DNA of 61,763 nucleotides, counting the filler, from Sluysia triapertura (lineage: Eukaryota), in NCBI GenBank assembly GCA_046118255.1. It is 5 parts of 5 records of this genome, joined end to end, with 100 filler letters (N's around TTAATTAATTAA, not from the genome) between each part and the next. Parts side by side here need not be neighbours in the genome. Positions count along the whole stretch, not along the records: positions 1 to 13,506 come from JBJNIA010036149.1; 4 more parts are not named here. One strand, written 5' to 3'. The notes beneath the pieces are model-generated. The model was not told the DNA's origin. It did no database searches and saw only the letters and a program-made list of their open reading frames with translations. Shown here in pieces: positions 1 through 12,142 of the stretch (positions within the stretch are counted from its first letter, which is position 1; each line of letters starts with the position of its first letter). A program made the translations under genes and the position numbers.

Positions 1-822
1 AGGTAGAACATAATAAAATTATACTTGATATACTAATTATTGAAATTATTAAGGTTATTATTAAAGTGATCAAGGTAATAATAGTGAGGTTAATATTTAA
101 CAAGTTTTAAAGACGCAACATATAATTAAATAAATATATAATTTATAAATATATAAATATGTAATTTTATTTTTGATTTTACTTAAGAATTCTTTACAAT
201 TAAACATTTTATATGAGAATGTAAATTATTAGTTTTAACATGACATCTTTCAACTATGTCGAGTTCAACTTTTAACTTTATACAATGAAATTATCTTAAT
301 TTACTGTCACATTTCATAATGAAGAACTTATCAATATATACATAAACTATAAATTTACACTTTTAGTTTTAGAATTAGTTTTAAATATTCACTTTGAATG
401 TGTTTATAGATGATCATTTTCCCTAATGTTCTACGCTACGTAATTTGAAAAATGATTTTTGTGTAAAATTTCTTCAAGCATCATTTGAATATTTGATATG
501 TTTTAATATCTATACTTGATACACCAGAAGTATCAGTTGAAATCGTCCTCCAGATTGTTCTTCTATTCGATCGTTAATTTATTGCTTCATTAAAATTAAA
601 ATAATTGGTAAATAAGTATATCGAAAAGTAAAGTGTTCTTTAGCACTATTTCTACCAAAGACATCATAGGACACCTTTTTTAACATTTTAATTTGAAATT
701 TTTTTTCTACGTTTAACCATTTTTTTTCAATTCGTATAATAATTGTTAAATTTATTTAGTGGTATTTTTTTCCTTCAACTCATACTAGATCTAAATACAT
801 GTACCTGATATACAAATAGGTA

Positions 823-1222
823 CAATAAACTCCTGATTGTCCCTGGAGAATATTTAGAAAATGCATAATTGTTTAAATAAATATGCATCTATTTATTTTA
901 AAAAGTACAATTTTAAATTTTATTGATTTGCTATTGATTTACCGGTATGTCTTGTTTATTTTTCTTTAGGTTTAAAATACCTTATGATACGTCGAATAAT
1001 GGAGCTTTGACTATAACGATGTAATATCTTTAATAAAAATTAGATATGATATTAAAAGTCATTGAGAAATTCACTTAAACAAACCAAAATTACCGATTTT
1101 TTAATAAATCATTGAATGTATTTTCAGTGTTTTTGTATTGTACTAGTATTTTGTATTATTATTTTGCGGATTATCCCTGGCAATCCTCGCCACCATTAGC
1201 CCGAATAATCGGGAGTTTACTG
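823..1222. mobile_element. pogo/Tigger-like MITE
   Basis: Imperfect TIRs CAATAAACTCCTGATTGTCC (823) and CCGAATAATCGGGAGTTTACTG (ending 1222), both flanked by TA; no coding capacity. Confidence 0.65.
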
Positions 1223-1819
1223 TATAAACAAAATAGTATTAACTAATAAGTCAGAATTTAGATTTGTACTTTTATTGTCTTATGTACACCATAGATAGAT
1301 TACAGCATGACTACTTTTATTTTTTACAAGATTTTAGGCTAAAACTTGCTGCCAGCAGTTTTACAAAAAAAACGAATTAATTATGCACTTACAAATTTAC
1401 GATGAAGTTTAAATTGTCCACAGATAAAATCAATTAATTATAGAACAGGTTCTACTTCTCTATTAAATCTACTAACGTTTTATTAGTATTGACATTAGAT
1501 TTTATATCACCACTATTAAATTGTACTTATTCCGATACTTTTGTTTCAATAAGATCATTATCAGGGCTTTTTAGTGTCACATTTAGAGATCCATTGGGAA
1601 AATATTTGCTGTAAAGTTCTTAAAATATTCAAACAAATGATGTATTGTGTAATATTGATCTTTTTTGATTTTATTTATTATAATTTTAAGATTAACTTTT
1701 TATTTCACAAATAATCTGCTTTCAGAATCATACAGTGCCCCTGCAGAACTTTATCCAATTATAATCCATGAATGATTTAAAAGATTTCATTATTTGTTAT
1801 GCTAGATTTTCTCTTATTC

Positions 1820-2760
1820 TTCTAACAATTACGATTTTAAATAAGGGTTCGTCTGCGGTATACGGTTTATTACGAAAATAACTACGAAAGGAATTTCCTT
1901 ACTCTTGCTAATGAAAGTCACTTAATAACGATTTGTAGAATTTCTTTAATTTTCTAAATTAAACAAATGATCTGTCCGCTTATCAAAATTTTAATTACTG
2001 TAATCTTACTAACAATTTTAATTCTAACTTCAAATAGGTCTATGATCGTAATCTTACCAACAATTTTAAATCTAAATATTCTTTAAGTCAATTTATGCTC
2101 AATTACGTTTATTAATATATTCGTGTAATTCAAAAATTATGAAACTCAAACAAATTTATCTTATTAAATAAACAATAATAATAACTAAGAAATGAATCGT
2201 AGGAAATTTATTCAAATAATAATTAACGAACAAAAGGTCAATAAAATTTATCAACGAACAATGGAACAATTATAATAATAATAGGTTAACAAAGAAAAAT
2301 AATCTTTTCTAATTGTAAATAAATAATTTTGGTTTATAGTTTAACCCAAGTTTAATACTTGGGTGTAAAAATTTAAATGATTTTGCGTAAGATTTTAAGG
2401 CTAAATGTATTAAAGCCGAACTTAACAAGAATTATCTTACTGAATTCTGATAAAATATTCTCCAAAAATTGATGCAATTAATATTGTCCAATTTTCTCAA
2501 AGTCGTCCAATTTTCCAAATCGATTCAACCAATGTTATCTATTTCTGAATTACTTCTAAAAGATCTAAGTCCAAGTAAATTCGTCTGACGAATAAAATGA
2601 TGAATATCTCGTTGACCAAATTTCAAAAAATCCGAATATCACGACGATAACACCTTCTTTTTAAAAAGTTTATAAAAATTCCTTCAATAACCTATGTGTT
2701 TCGTTTGCCAAACCTTCTAATATTTATACTTATTGATGATGGACCATAACATTTTTAATA
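1820..2760. repeat. Non-coding structured repeat family 1, copy A
   Basis: Shares ordered motifs with 3700-4450, 34600-35700 (inverted) and 41000-41830: AACAATTA..GGGTTCG, hairpin ACCCAAGT/ACTTGGGT at 2344-2364, GATTTTAA, and a minus-strand TATAAA near 2725. Confidence 0.7.
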
Positions 2761-3699
2761 TCTTAAAATATTTTTATTTATCAGAATTCAATAGTAGAAT
2801 TGTTTTTTAATGATTTTAATGATATTTTTATTATTTTTTCTTATCAATTAACTTTCGTATAATAATTTTAGAACACTAATATTAAATAATTTTTTAAATA
2901 CAATTTTTTCAAAGTTTTTAATACAAATTTTTCAAGAATTAAATGTTTAATATTTAATGTATCAAAATTAATATACAAAAATTTACAAAGATTTTAAATA
3001 TTTACATATAATTAGAATTTGCATTTATCCTGTAAATATTGAAAGTTTACTGAAATTGGAGAAAAATTTTTGAGAACCATTTTACGATTACTAGAGATAC
3101 ATTAAGTTATTCTTAATAATATTAAATCGAGATTTCAACAATTACAGAAAACAATGAAATTGGAAACCGATGGAAATTGCTATTGAAATTTAATTATTAA
3201 AATTGCTCGGCTTATGACCGAATAAAAAATGAAAATTTTTATGAGTAACTATTCCCATTTTTTCAATTTTAATATCCTAAACAATTACCCAATTGCTATA
3301 TTAACAATTGTATTTTTGTCAAAATAGAACAAGATAGCTGGACAAAAAAGAAAATTTTTTATATAAAACATTATCTCCATTACTTTCAGCAGCTGACTAA
3401 ACTTTATAAGCATTAGTTTTATTGTTAGGATTAGTAACTTACATTATTCCAATTTTATTAGTTTTAATAGTTATCGTGTTGTGTCACCCTTTGATTTTTA
3501 TAGATTTAGTACATAAGACAGTGATATATAATTGTTGAATTTATATATTGAAATTATATTTCTATAAAAGAGTAAAGGATAATTTATTGTGATAATTAAG
3601 CATATATTGAGATGTCGTATTAATTTAATTATTGAGTTATTTTTAAATAAGGACACATTTATATTTATCTCATTTTATTACTTGTTCAACTTTTTCTAA

Positions 3700-4450
3700 G
3701 ATTGTAACAATTATGATATTATCAATTTTCTGGGTCCGCCTGTGATATATGATCGATATCTCGCAGAAGACGTATTCACAGGATTTCAAATGTCAAGTTA
3801 ACTACGTGCAAAGTTTCTTAACCGTTTTGATGCAACTTAATCTAAAATACTTTGTAAATTAAATAATCGTTTAACGCAATTCTATGCAATTTAAAAATTT
3901 TAATCTTATATGACTGAGGTTAATTCTTTTATCTTTCAAAAATTCTTAACTAAAGATATAAAACTATAAAATGTATACAAATATTTATATATATAAATAA
4001 ATTGAGGATTCCTCAAACAAAAATTTCAGATTTTGAATTAGATTTTAACTCAGGTGAATTCTTGAGTATAATAAAAATGATTTTGAGTCGATTTTGATGC
4101 AAAAAACATTAATGTAAAACCTTAAAGAAAAATAGCATACTTATTCATGGGATTATGGAATGAAAATAGATTGAAATTACCCGATAGAATTATTTCTGCG
4201 AAAAGCCAAATACTGATCTAATACTCTTGTAGCAAACTGACGATTCGTCGAAAAAACTATTTCTTGGAATAATACGAATAATATCTTGACAAAAATTTGA
4301 ATATTAAAATTTCCTTTAAATAACTTGTAACGAATAATCATCCGGCATATATAAATGTCAAAAAGTTGTAAGTTTTAACTTTTGTTTCTGATTTATATAT
4401 GTACTCTGATTTACTTTACCGACTATTAATAAAATTGTTTATATTCTAAT
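3700..4450. repeat. Non-coding structured repeat family 1, copy B (~1.9 kb after copy A)
   Basis: AACAATTAT..GGGTCCG, hairpin 3739-3782, hairpin 4048-4067, minus-strand TATATAAA near 4395, and a TTTACCGACT motif shared with 41785. Confidence 0.7.
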
Positions 4451-4779
4451 TTTTAGCAATAAAATAATAAATTATTTCATAAAAACGGAATAAAATTCTT
4501 TCTTTATTAATTATTTTCTAAATTAATCATTTCATAATCTTTTTAAATTAAAAAATAATAACAGCCTTTTATTTTAACTATTCTTAAAAATTTTAACAAT
4601 TAATTTATTTACAAAAATAGTAACAAAAATTAACGTTATTTACAGAAAATGAATTAATTAATTTACAATAATAATAAAATTAACAAAATTAACGCTATTT
4701 ACAGTTTCAACGGTTAATTAATGAAAATGACAAATGATTAATAATATAAATTTACATATTTACATACTTGTATCCTTCT

Positions 4780-5620
4780 GATGTTTATAGTATAACGTTT
4801 CTTCCTTTTGTTGGAATAAGAAATCGAATACTGAAATTGAAACCTGTGTATATGGAACCTGGTATTGGATTGATTTGATTAATTTAATATGATTGATTTT
4901 TACTGTTTATATTTATTTTATAATTAATACATTTTCTATTTTAATTGTAAATATTATTACTATATAAAAATAAATTATTAAAATAAATTTATCTAAATAA
5001 AATTCTTAAAACAAAAATTACTTAAATGAAAAATAAAAAATTGTTTTAAAATTTGTTTAAATAAACCAAACTACCAAATAATCAATATGGCGAACACAAT
5101 ACAAGTATAAATACTAAATAGTTAACAAAGTTTTTTAGAAAATTAATTTTTAGAAAAGAAAAAACAAAGTTTTAGAAAAGAAAGGCACTGGTATCGACGT
5201 ACTAGTTGAAATAATCTGGTCGCTATAATAAAAGACAATTGTTATCATCCATGAAAAAGTAATTTTTATTTTATAGGTTGGAAATGTCCTAATTGTAATT
5301 AATAGTACTGAAACCTTATTCAAAATCATTAATTTATTGTCAGACCGTAAAAAGGCTGACTTAAACTTGAATTAAACTCCAAATTATAATCTTAAAGATG
5401 TAAAATTTTATTATTATTATATTATTGCTGTAACTGTAAAATTTATTTTAGTATTTTGTAAGGTTGATTTCTTATTGTGAATAAATCTTCCGGTGATAGA
5501 GTTGATCTGTTTTATTTAAAATCCTCGCCAATTTAATCAGACCGTAAAAATGCTGTCTTAACATATAAAATCTAATTAATCATTGGCAGATCGTAAGAAG
5601 GCTGTCTTAACGTACTGTTG
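4780..5620 (+). repeat. Non-coding repeat family 2 (triple bulged-A hairpin), copy 1
   Basis: Colinear with 37720-38930: TTTAGAAAAGAAA, ATCCATGAA.AAGTAATTTTT, and three AGAYCGTA hairpins with conserved spacing. Confidence 0.7.
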
Positions 5621-7684
5621 TGCTTTTGTTTTGTTTACTGATATTCCTCTTTAATAACTAAAAATAAAAAAAACTGAATCTCGATATATTCTTATATAAG
5701 AATTACACAAATCAAATCTTTTATACGACAAATATAATTCTATAAATCAAACTTTTTATATGGCTAATCAAATTCTTTAATAAATTATTGTCTAACTCTT
5801 TTTAAAAATCGCAGGGGTTACACAAAATAAAATGAAATATAAATAATAAAGACAAAATAAATCTTAACTCTATACTAACCACGTAAACTTATTTTGTTTT
5901 AATGTTATTGCTGAAGAAAAGATTCAATGAATGTTATCCACAACTCAATTGAATCCAGCGTCCCTATAGCAAGAAGTTCTTGACTAATTTGTCAATTGTT
6001 ACTGTTGTCGTTTTTTCTGGATTGTTCTTGTGATTTTATGTAAAAAGTTAGTTCTTTATATAATATCGAGATAATATCGATGCTATTTTCTTAGAGTCGG
6101 TTTTATGCCGACCCATTACTAAATGGAATTTCATTATTAATTTCCAATGAATGTCCGACTTTAGATTGCCTGACAATTATCTGAGATAATTAGTATTGTG
6201 AAGAACAAGCCCATATCTCTTTAAAATAATCAAATGATAATTTAATATCACAATTGGAATTATACAAACAGATATTAAAATACTTCATCCTAATTTACCC
6301 ATATTTATAATCCAATATAAAATTTCTTTTAATAACAATACTTTATATCATACGTAACACGGTTTAATTTTCAAAGAATGTTGCGATTAGAGAAAGTTGG
6401 ATTGTGAACCTCTAAAGTGAATAGGTAGTAAAAACGGAGTTAACAACACAATAATAATAACAATAATGTAAGAAATGATCCAGTATCAGTTCCATGCTGT
6501 GGTAACATTTTTTTAAATTGATTTTCTTTAAAATAATTAATTTAATTTAAATTATTTTACATATTTTTGGAAATACCAATTTTTTAATTAAAATGTTTAT
6601 TTATTTAATAATTTTTATATAGTTTTTAGGGAAGCTTTTATTTATTCCAAAAATTTTAAAATTACCTTTAGAAACTTTATCTCTATTAACTATTATTTGT
6701 TTAATTTTTTGAATTACTGGTAGTCGTTAATTATTTTGGTTAGTTTCAAATATTTGACTAGTATTGAAAATAACTTGTAATTTTGAAAAGTGATCAAGGC
6801 TCTTTATTTTAATTGTCTCATTGTAATCTTGTTATCTTTTCATTTTATTAAGTTTTAAATTTAATGTTAAATTGAAATAGGTTTGACATCAACATGAAAT
6901 CATTAAAGAAGTAATAAATTGATATAGTATCATTGTTAAAATAAAAACTAATTATGATAATTTGCATTCATTTTGTGCTTATTAAATTTATTGAGATTTC
7001 CAAGCTAAATTGATTTTGTTATTAAATTATTATTAATTCAATTAAATACTCAAAACTATGTTAATTACATTATTTGTTTTCGAAGCTTCCGTCTTTTCCG
7101 TTATGACTTCATTTCTTTTCTGATTTTGATATTTTCATACAAAGTTTGTGACAGCACCTTTCTTTCAGACTAATGTTTTTCAATCAGATAATATAATTTC
7201 TCTAATGCATCCGTTTTATTTCCTGACTTATAATTGATAACTTATTTCGTATAACCCAAATTGTTTTGGATTTCCCACAGAGTATTATCGGTTTTCATAA
7301 AGATTCTTTAACTTTAGAAACTCCATGCAAGATCGTCGTTCTATCTGAAGTTTCAGGTGCTCGTCGGCATTATCGACATTTTAAAGTAAAAAAATTTATT
7401 CTAAGATTGGGAAAGTTTAACCTTATAAATATACTTTATTTAAACGAATTTATAATTTTCAAAAATAAACGGAATAACTTTTCATTCATAATTCAAATAT
7501 TCTATTCAATCACTTAAAATATAAAAGCCATAGTCAAGAATCATGCATCATAATTTATACATATCAATATCTCTTCATATTAATTAAACCACAAAATTAT
7601 AAATTAATTTCGTCATAATTTTGCAATTTAATTCTTTAACATCATATTTACCTTACAGTTGCAAAACTTAAAATTACAAACAGC

Positions 7685-7736
<52 letters not shown>
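7685..7736. repeat. (AAT)n microsatellite
   Basis: Perfect trinucleotide run just upstream of the ATG at 7755. Confidence 0.95.
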
Positions 7737-7738
<2 letters not shown>

Positions 7739-7754
7739 CAATATTATTATAAGC

Positions 7755-8450
7755 ATGCCGAAAATATTTCAAAAACAAATTGCACCTACTACTTCAGTAA
7801 ATAATAGTAAAATGGTTATAGTAGCAAACACCAGTCATGGAACAAAATTTAAATCAAATGAAATACCTGGATTAAATGTTTTACGCTTAAATAATCATTT
7901 TAGTACTCCTGCTGGAATTGATCAAGCAAATATACACAAAAGAATTGCTTGTATTCATAGACCAATTGATGCTACTTTTTTAATAACAGGATTCTTAACA
8001 TTTGGATTAAAGACTTGGCAAGTTATAATTTGTACTAATGCTCCAAATAAAGTTGGAGGGTTTCTAGGTGGAATTGTATTATTAATATCTGGTTTAATTA
8101 ATTTTATCACAGTTGGTGCATTATCCTTAATGATTGTTTTGATCAGACTCTTTGCTTATGTTTCCATTCTTTTTGTGATGCTTTTACAAATAATATTAGA
8201 ATCAATTCATATAAGAAATATTCAATACAATTTATATGTTCAATATAAATCTAATTTAGATGAATGCAAAAATTATGCTTTGTTTTATATGAGTGTAACT
8301 ATTTTAATTGCTTGTCTATTCGCATTTCTTATGGCTATGGCCGGACTAATGCTAACGGTAGATGAATTAATTCTTACTTTAAAATATGATAACTACGTAG
8401 AATCTAGTCAAATTAATTTAGGTCGTGGTTTAGAACATCCGTTAATATAA
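7755..8450 (+). CDS. Intronless four-transmembrane protein, MS4A/CD20-like topology
   Basis: Open 231-aa ORF in very AT-rich DNA with four hydrophobic segments. GFLGGIVLLISGLI resembles the MS4A TM2 pattern. AATAAA lies ~40 nt after the stop. Family assignment is tentative. Confidence 0.7.
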   Translation: MPKIFQKQIAPTTSVNNSKMVIVANTSHGTKFKSNEIPGLNVLRLNNHFSTPAGIDQANIHKRIACIHRPIDATFLITGFLTFGLKTWQVIICTNAPNKVGGFLGGIVLLISGLINFITVGALSLMIVLIRLFAYVSILFVMLLQIILESIHIRNIQYNLYVQYKSNLDECKNYALFYMSVTILIACLFAFLMAMAGLMLTVDELILTLKYDNYVESSQINLGRGLEHPLI

Positions 8451-8727
8451 ATGATATTGTTTTTACTTATCATATTAATAATGTAATAATAAAATATAAC
8501 GCAACATTTTGATTAAAATCAATATAACACAGTTTTCAAGTTAAATGAAAGTTTGGTAATTTTTTAGTAAAAATTTTTTGCTTAAATTATATTTAAGAAA
8601 TAAAAACAAAATTAAATGATTTTTAACACTAAATAAATTCGTATTCTATTCATTATTTGTCTTTTATTTCGGTTATATTATTGTGCTATATACGTTTGGC
8701 GTAATTGCAAAGTTAAGAAGTGCAATT

Positions 8728-9056
8728 ATGCCTCCAAAGCGGAAAATCGCATCAAAATGTAAAGAAGTTGTCCCTCTTAAGAAGCCAAAGAGTGAATTTG
8801 AAAAAGTAAAAGCAGGTATATGAACTCTTTAATATCAATTATACGTTTAGTTTTGCAAAAGGGACCATCTTTTCGTAAAAAGGAACATATCATAGATAAA
8901 GAGGCTCAATCAATTTTTTCTGGTGGTTCTGTTGTTGAGGATTATGATTGTATGCTTAATCAAACAAATATTGACAAAAATAACAATAAATATTATGTGA
9001 TACAATTGATTAAACATGGTGGTAAATTTCATGTGTGGACTAGGTGGGGAAGAGTA
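8728..9056 (+). CDS. PARP3/PARP2-like poly(ADP-ribose) polymerase, 5' exons (WGR domain), partial
   Basis: Exon 1 8728-8815 (MPPKRK...), a 35-nt GT-AG intron 8816-8850, and exon 2 from 8851 in frame encoding YDCMLNQTNIDKNNNKYYVIQL...VWTRWGRV, the WGR signature. Probable donor at 9057. Later exons were not found. Confidence 0.85.
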
Positions 9057-10899
9057 GTTGGTTTATAAATAATAAAATTAAATTTTATAAATATATAATT
9101 AGTTTGTGTAGGGTATGTTTATGAATATTTTTCAGAATTTAGTTGAAATGAAATATGCATACTTCGAAATGTATACATAATACATTAATATTATTTTCAA
9201 AGGAAATTTCGAATCGAAGTTAATTTTTATTAAACCCATGTTCATTTTTGCTAGAAAATTCTATTTGTTTGGTGATCTCAATCCATATTTTCCCATCTAT
9301 TTTCTGTTATCCAATTTTTTAAGTTTTCTCTTAACTTTTACATTAATAGATATTTCAAATACAATTTCAAAATTTACAATCTTTTGTGGTCTGAATTTGT
9401 TGCTTTAATAAAAAATTTTATTTAATTTAAGAGTTTCTTCTAATTACTTTCAACGTCGTTTGATTAATGTAAAATGTTTCGAATCTTTATTAAAATTGGT
9501 TAACCAAAATGATGCATCCATTGTTTTATCAAACTCTTGATACTTAAACGTTTATACTGTTTAATTATTACAGTTAAGCTGATTGGTTTTCAGTATTGAT
9601 CTATTATGAAAACTATGTGCTTATAAATAAACCTGTAGAGCTTAAGGAAATTAAAACAATGCACGTATCAATATCCTTATTTATAATCTGAATAATTAAA
9701 ATCAGTTACTTAGATATTTAATCGAATTTTAATTTTCAACATACGCTAGATGAGGCATTGAAATTAATATTTTTCTTGATTATCAGCATTTATTATCTAT
9801 AACTCAAACTGACATTAAAATAAACAATTGTTTGCAGGCCTTTGAAAAATTCTTGGTGACAATTTTTGAAGAAAAATATCCAAAACTTTAAGTGTTCGTG
9901 GTTTATTTTGTAACTGATTTGAAGCAATATTGATCAAATATTTCTTTGTAAAATTACTTATGTTTTGAAATTGCATTTGGAAGGAAAATAGTTTTTATTT
10001 AGACAATATAAAAATAAAAGAAAATCTTAAAAAATAGATGTATCAACAAATTTATTTCAAATTATGAATCTGATAAAGCAAAAAATCAGTTTTTTGCGTG
10101 AAGAACAAGCTTTAATAAAATTCTAAAATGAAAAACAAAAATGAAATGAACTGACAATCTGACAAGTAGAGTTTCAATATATGAATATCGTGAAACCTAG
10201 AAGATACAACAGTGCAGATAAAAATGGATCATTTTGAATAGTATTTATTTTATTATATTTTTCAGATAAATTTTGAGTTAATTTTTTGTTATTTCTGTTG
10301 AAATTTATTATCTTAGAATGATAAATTATTTATTCATTCGGAAGTAAATGTAATGTTGTCTTAACTGCGAAGTTTTTTAATTTTATATATTTACTACAAT
10401 GAACTTTTCATAATGTATATATGCAGATGTAATTTTCATTAAACTTCACGAATAAGGTTAAATATTTATTAAATATTATTAGGTTCACTTTTACATTTCA
10501 AAAATAATTGTTAACAAAATTCTAATTACTTTTCCAAGTAAAATAAACAACGTATTAGGTTTTTTGACAAAACAATATCAAACAATTAAACATTATCACC
10601 AAGTATTTACCTTTGCAGTAATTGATTATTTTATTTAAAGATACTTCTAAGCAATTCACTATTAATTTTAAGCACATATTGTGTTTGAATTGTATTATTG
10701 GAAAGATATACGTTAGAGTATTGTCTTAATCAGACGGAATTATAAAATAATTTATTACTAGATGTCGAAAAAAAGTACCACATACTGTTCAATATTATGG
10801 TGAATCTTTATATTTATATATGTTCTTATTAATTTAATTTAATATTAATTTAATTTCGAATGATGTATTTTAATATTAAAATAATTATTAATTTATCTA

Positions 10900-11250
10900 A
10901 ACACAATTTTTATTTATGCTTATCTATATTTCTTGGTTTTTATGGTAAAATAATGAAAGTAGTTAGTATAGTCACCACTATATGACCGAAGTGGTGAGCA
11001 CCTCTATGGGATTTTAAACTTTTAATATATCTTTCTAATTTTTATAAATTGTCGGCGAGTTAAAGTAGTAATGGAAGGATTATGAAATTTGCTTAATGTT
11101 AACTTTAATTAACATTAACTTTAACGACCACTTTAACTATAATGCATTGCCATGAACTTTACGTTTAGCTTTATTGGCATATTTATTTTAGGTAACAAAC
11201 ATTTCAATTGATAAATTCAATTAATTGCTGCTTGAATTTATATTTATAAA
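10900..11250 (-). repeat. Non-coding repeat family 3, partial inverted copy
   Basis: CCACTA..GTGGTGA..GGATTTTAA.TTTTAAT..TCGGC(G)AG matches the reverse complement of about 14500-14640; hairpin at 10972-10997. Confidence 0.5.
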
Positions 11251-11612
11251 TATTTCAATTTATTATTGCAAGATTTTGTTCGAGTTACTTATTACATTAC
11301 TTTATTCTGTGTTGCGAAGGTGTTAAAAGTTTATGCAATATTAAATTGAATGATGTGACAGTTTGATTTTTTAAATATTTCTTTAATAATTAACTTTTAA
11401 TTAAATTTTCTACATCAGTGCCTTCTTTGTTTTTTATATTTCGATTTTTAAATGATATTACGTCATTTATTATGATAATTATACTGATAAATAATTATAA
11501 TTATTATTGCTATTATTATATTATTTTATTATTACTCATTGTTATATTATATTATATATTATTATTAATCATTTATTTTGATAATTAAACTGATAAATAA
11601 TTATTATTGTTA

Positions 11613-11679
11613 TTGTTAGACTTCTCAAAATGGACTGACCGGGAATCGAACCCGGGACCTCTGTCTGAGCAGTTAGATG
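11613..11679 (-). mobile_element. 3' part of a tRNA-derived element (SINE-like or tRNA pseudogene)
   Basis: Minus strand reads CATCTAACTGCTCAGACAGAGGTCCCGGGTTCGATTCCCGGTCAGTCCATTTT: T-arm/B-box, 3' acceptor strand and T4 terminator. The tail AGTCTAACA is shared with the copy at 44094. Confidence 0.8.
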
Positions 11680-12142
11680 ATTAAAAACATGTATTAATAT
11701 AATAGTTTTAGTCTCTTTCTCTTTTTTTAGAGAAGGAAGGTAATCTTTCTTCTATTCAGGGACCTTGTAGAACATGGTCGCGATATGCGTTATTCGAGGA
11801 CTCCGCAGCTAGTCGTACCAGGGTCTTGGTTTCGGTCTTGTGGAAGCCAAGTGCCTTGAGAAGCTTGTCATTCTCGGGATCCCACGAGCTCAAGGCTCCA
11901 ACGACGAATGTATCCAGAGACACCTTGCACATCAGTTGTTCCTGCAGTTTGCCCTGGAGATCAGAATACTTCGCTATATTGGTGGTTCGGGCTATTTCGA
12001 AATTTTTCTTCAGGTTCATGGGAGTTTTGACATCAATCAAGAACAGTTGCGATGAGGAAGTACCGCGGGACTGTATGTCAGCTCGTCGAGTCTCACCGAT
12101 AATTGGTGTAGGCGAATCCTTGATGACTTACAATCCCTTCTG
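11680..12142 (-). mobile_element. 5'-truncated R2-group (NeSL/R4/Utopia-like) non-LTR retrotransposon: REL endonuclease end plus 3' UTR
   Basis: GC-rich island encoding RRADI...LIDVKTP...AR...KYSDL...FVVGALSSWDPENDKLLKALG, the restriction-like endonuclease C-terminal pattern. Confidence 0.85.

Noticed and set aside
3732-3830. HDV-like ribozyme starting at GGGTCCG
   Set aside because: No complementary P1 3' strand or nested pseudoknot found downstream in the copies examined.
5339-5610. CRISPR-like repeat-spacer array
   Set aside because: Only three degenerate repeats with irregular spacing, eukaryotic context and no cas genes.
7070-7400. piggyBac-like relic on the minus strand (GNPKQFGL)
   Set aside because: One short motif, many stops and no TIR or TTAA evidence.
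9838-10030. Next PARP exon (AFEKF...)
   Set aside because: Stops after 17 codons; KYPKL and TY..EIAF better fit a very decayed hAT dimerisation region, too weak to annotate.
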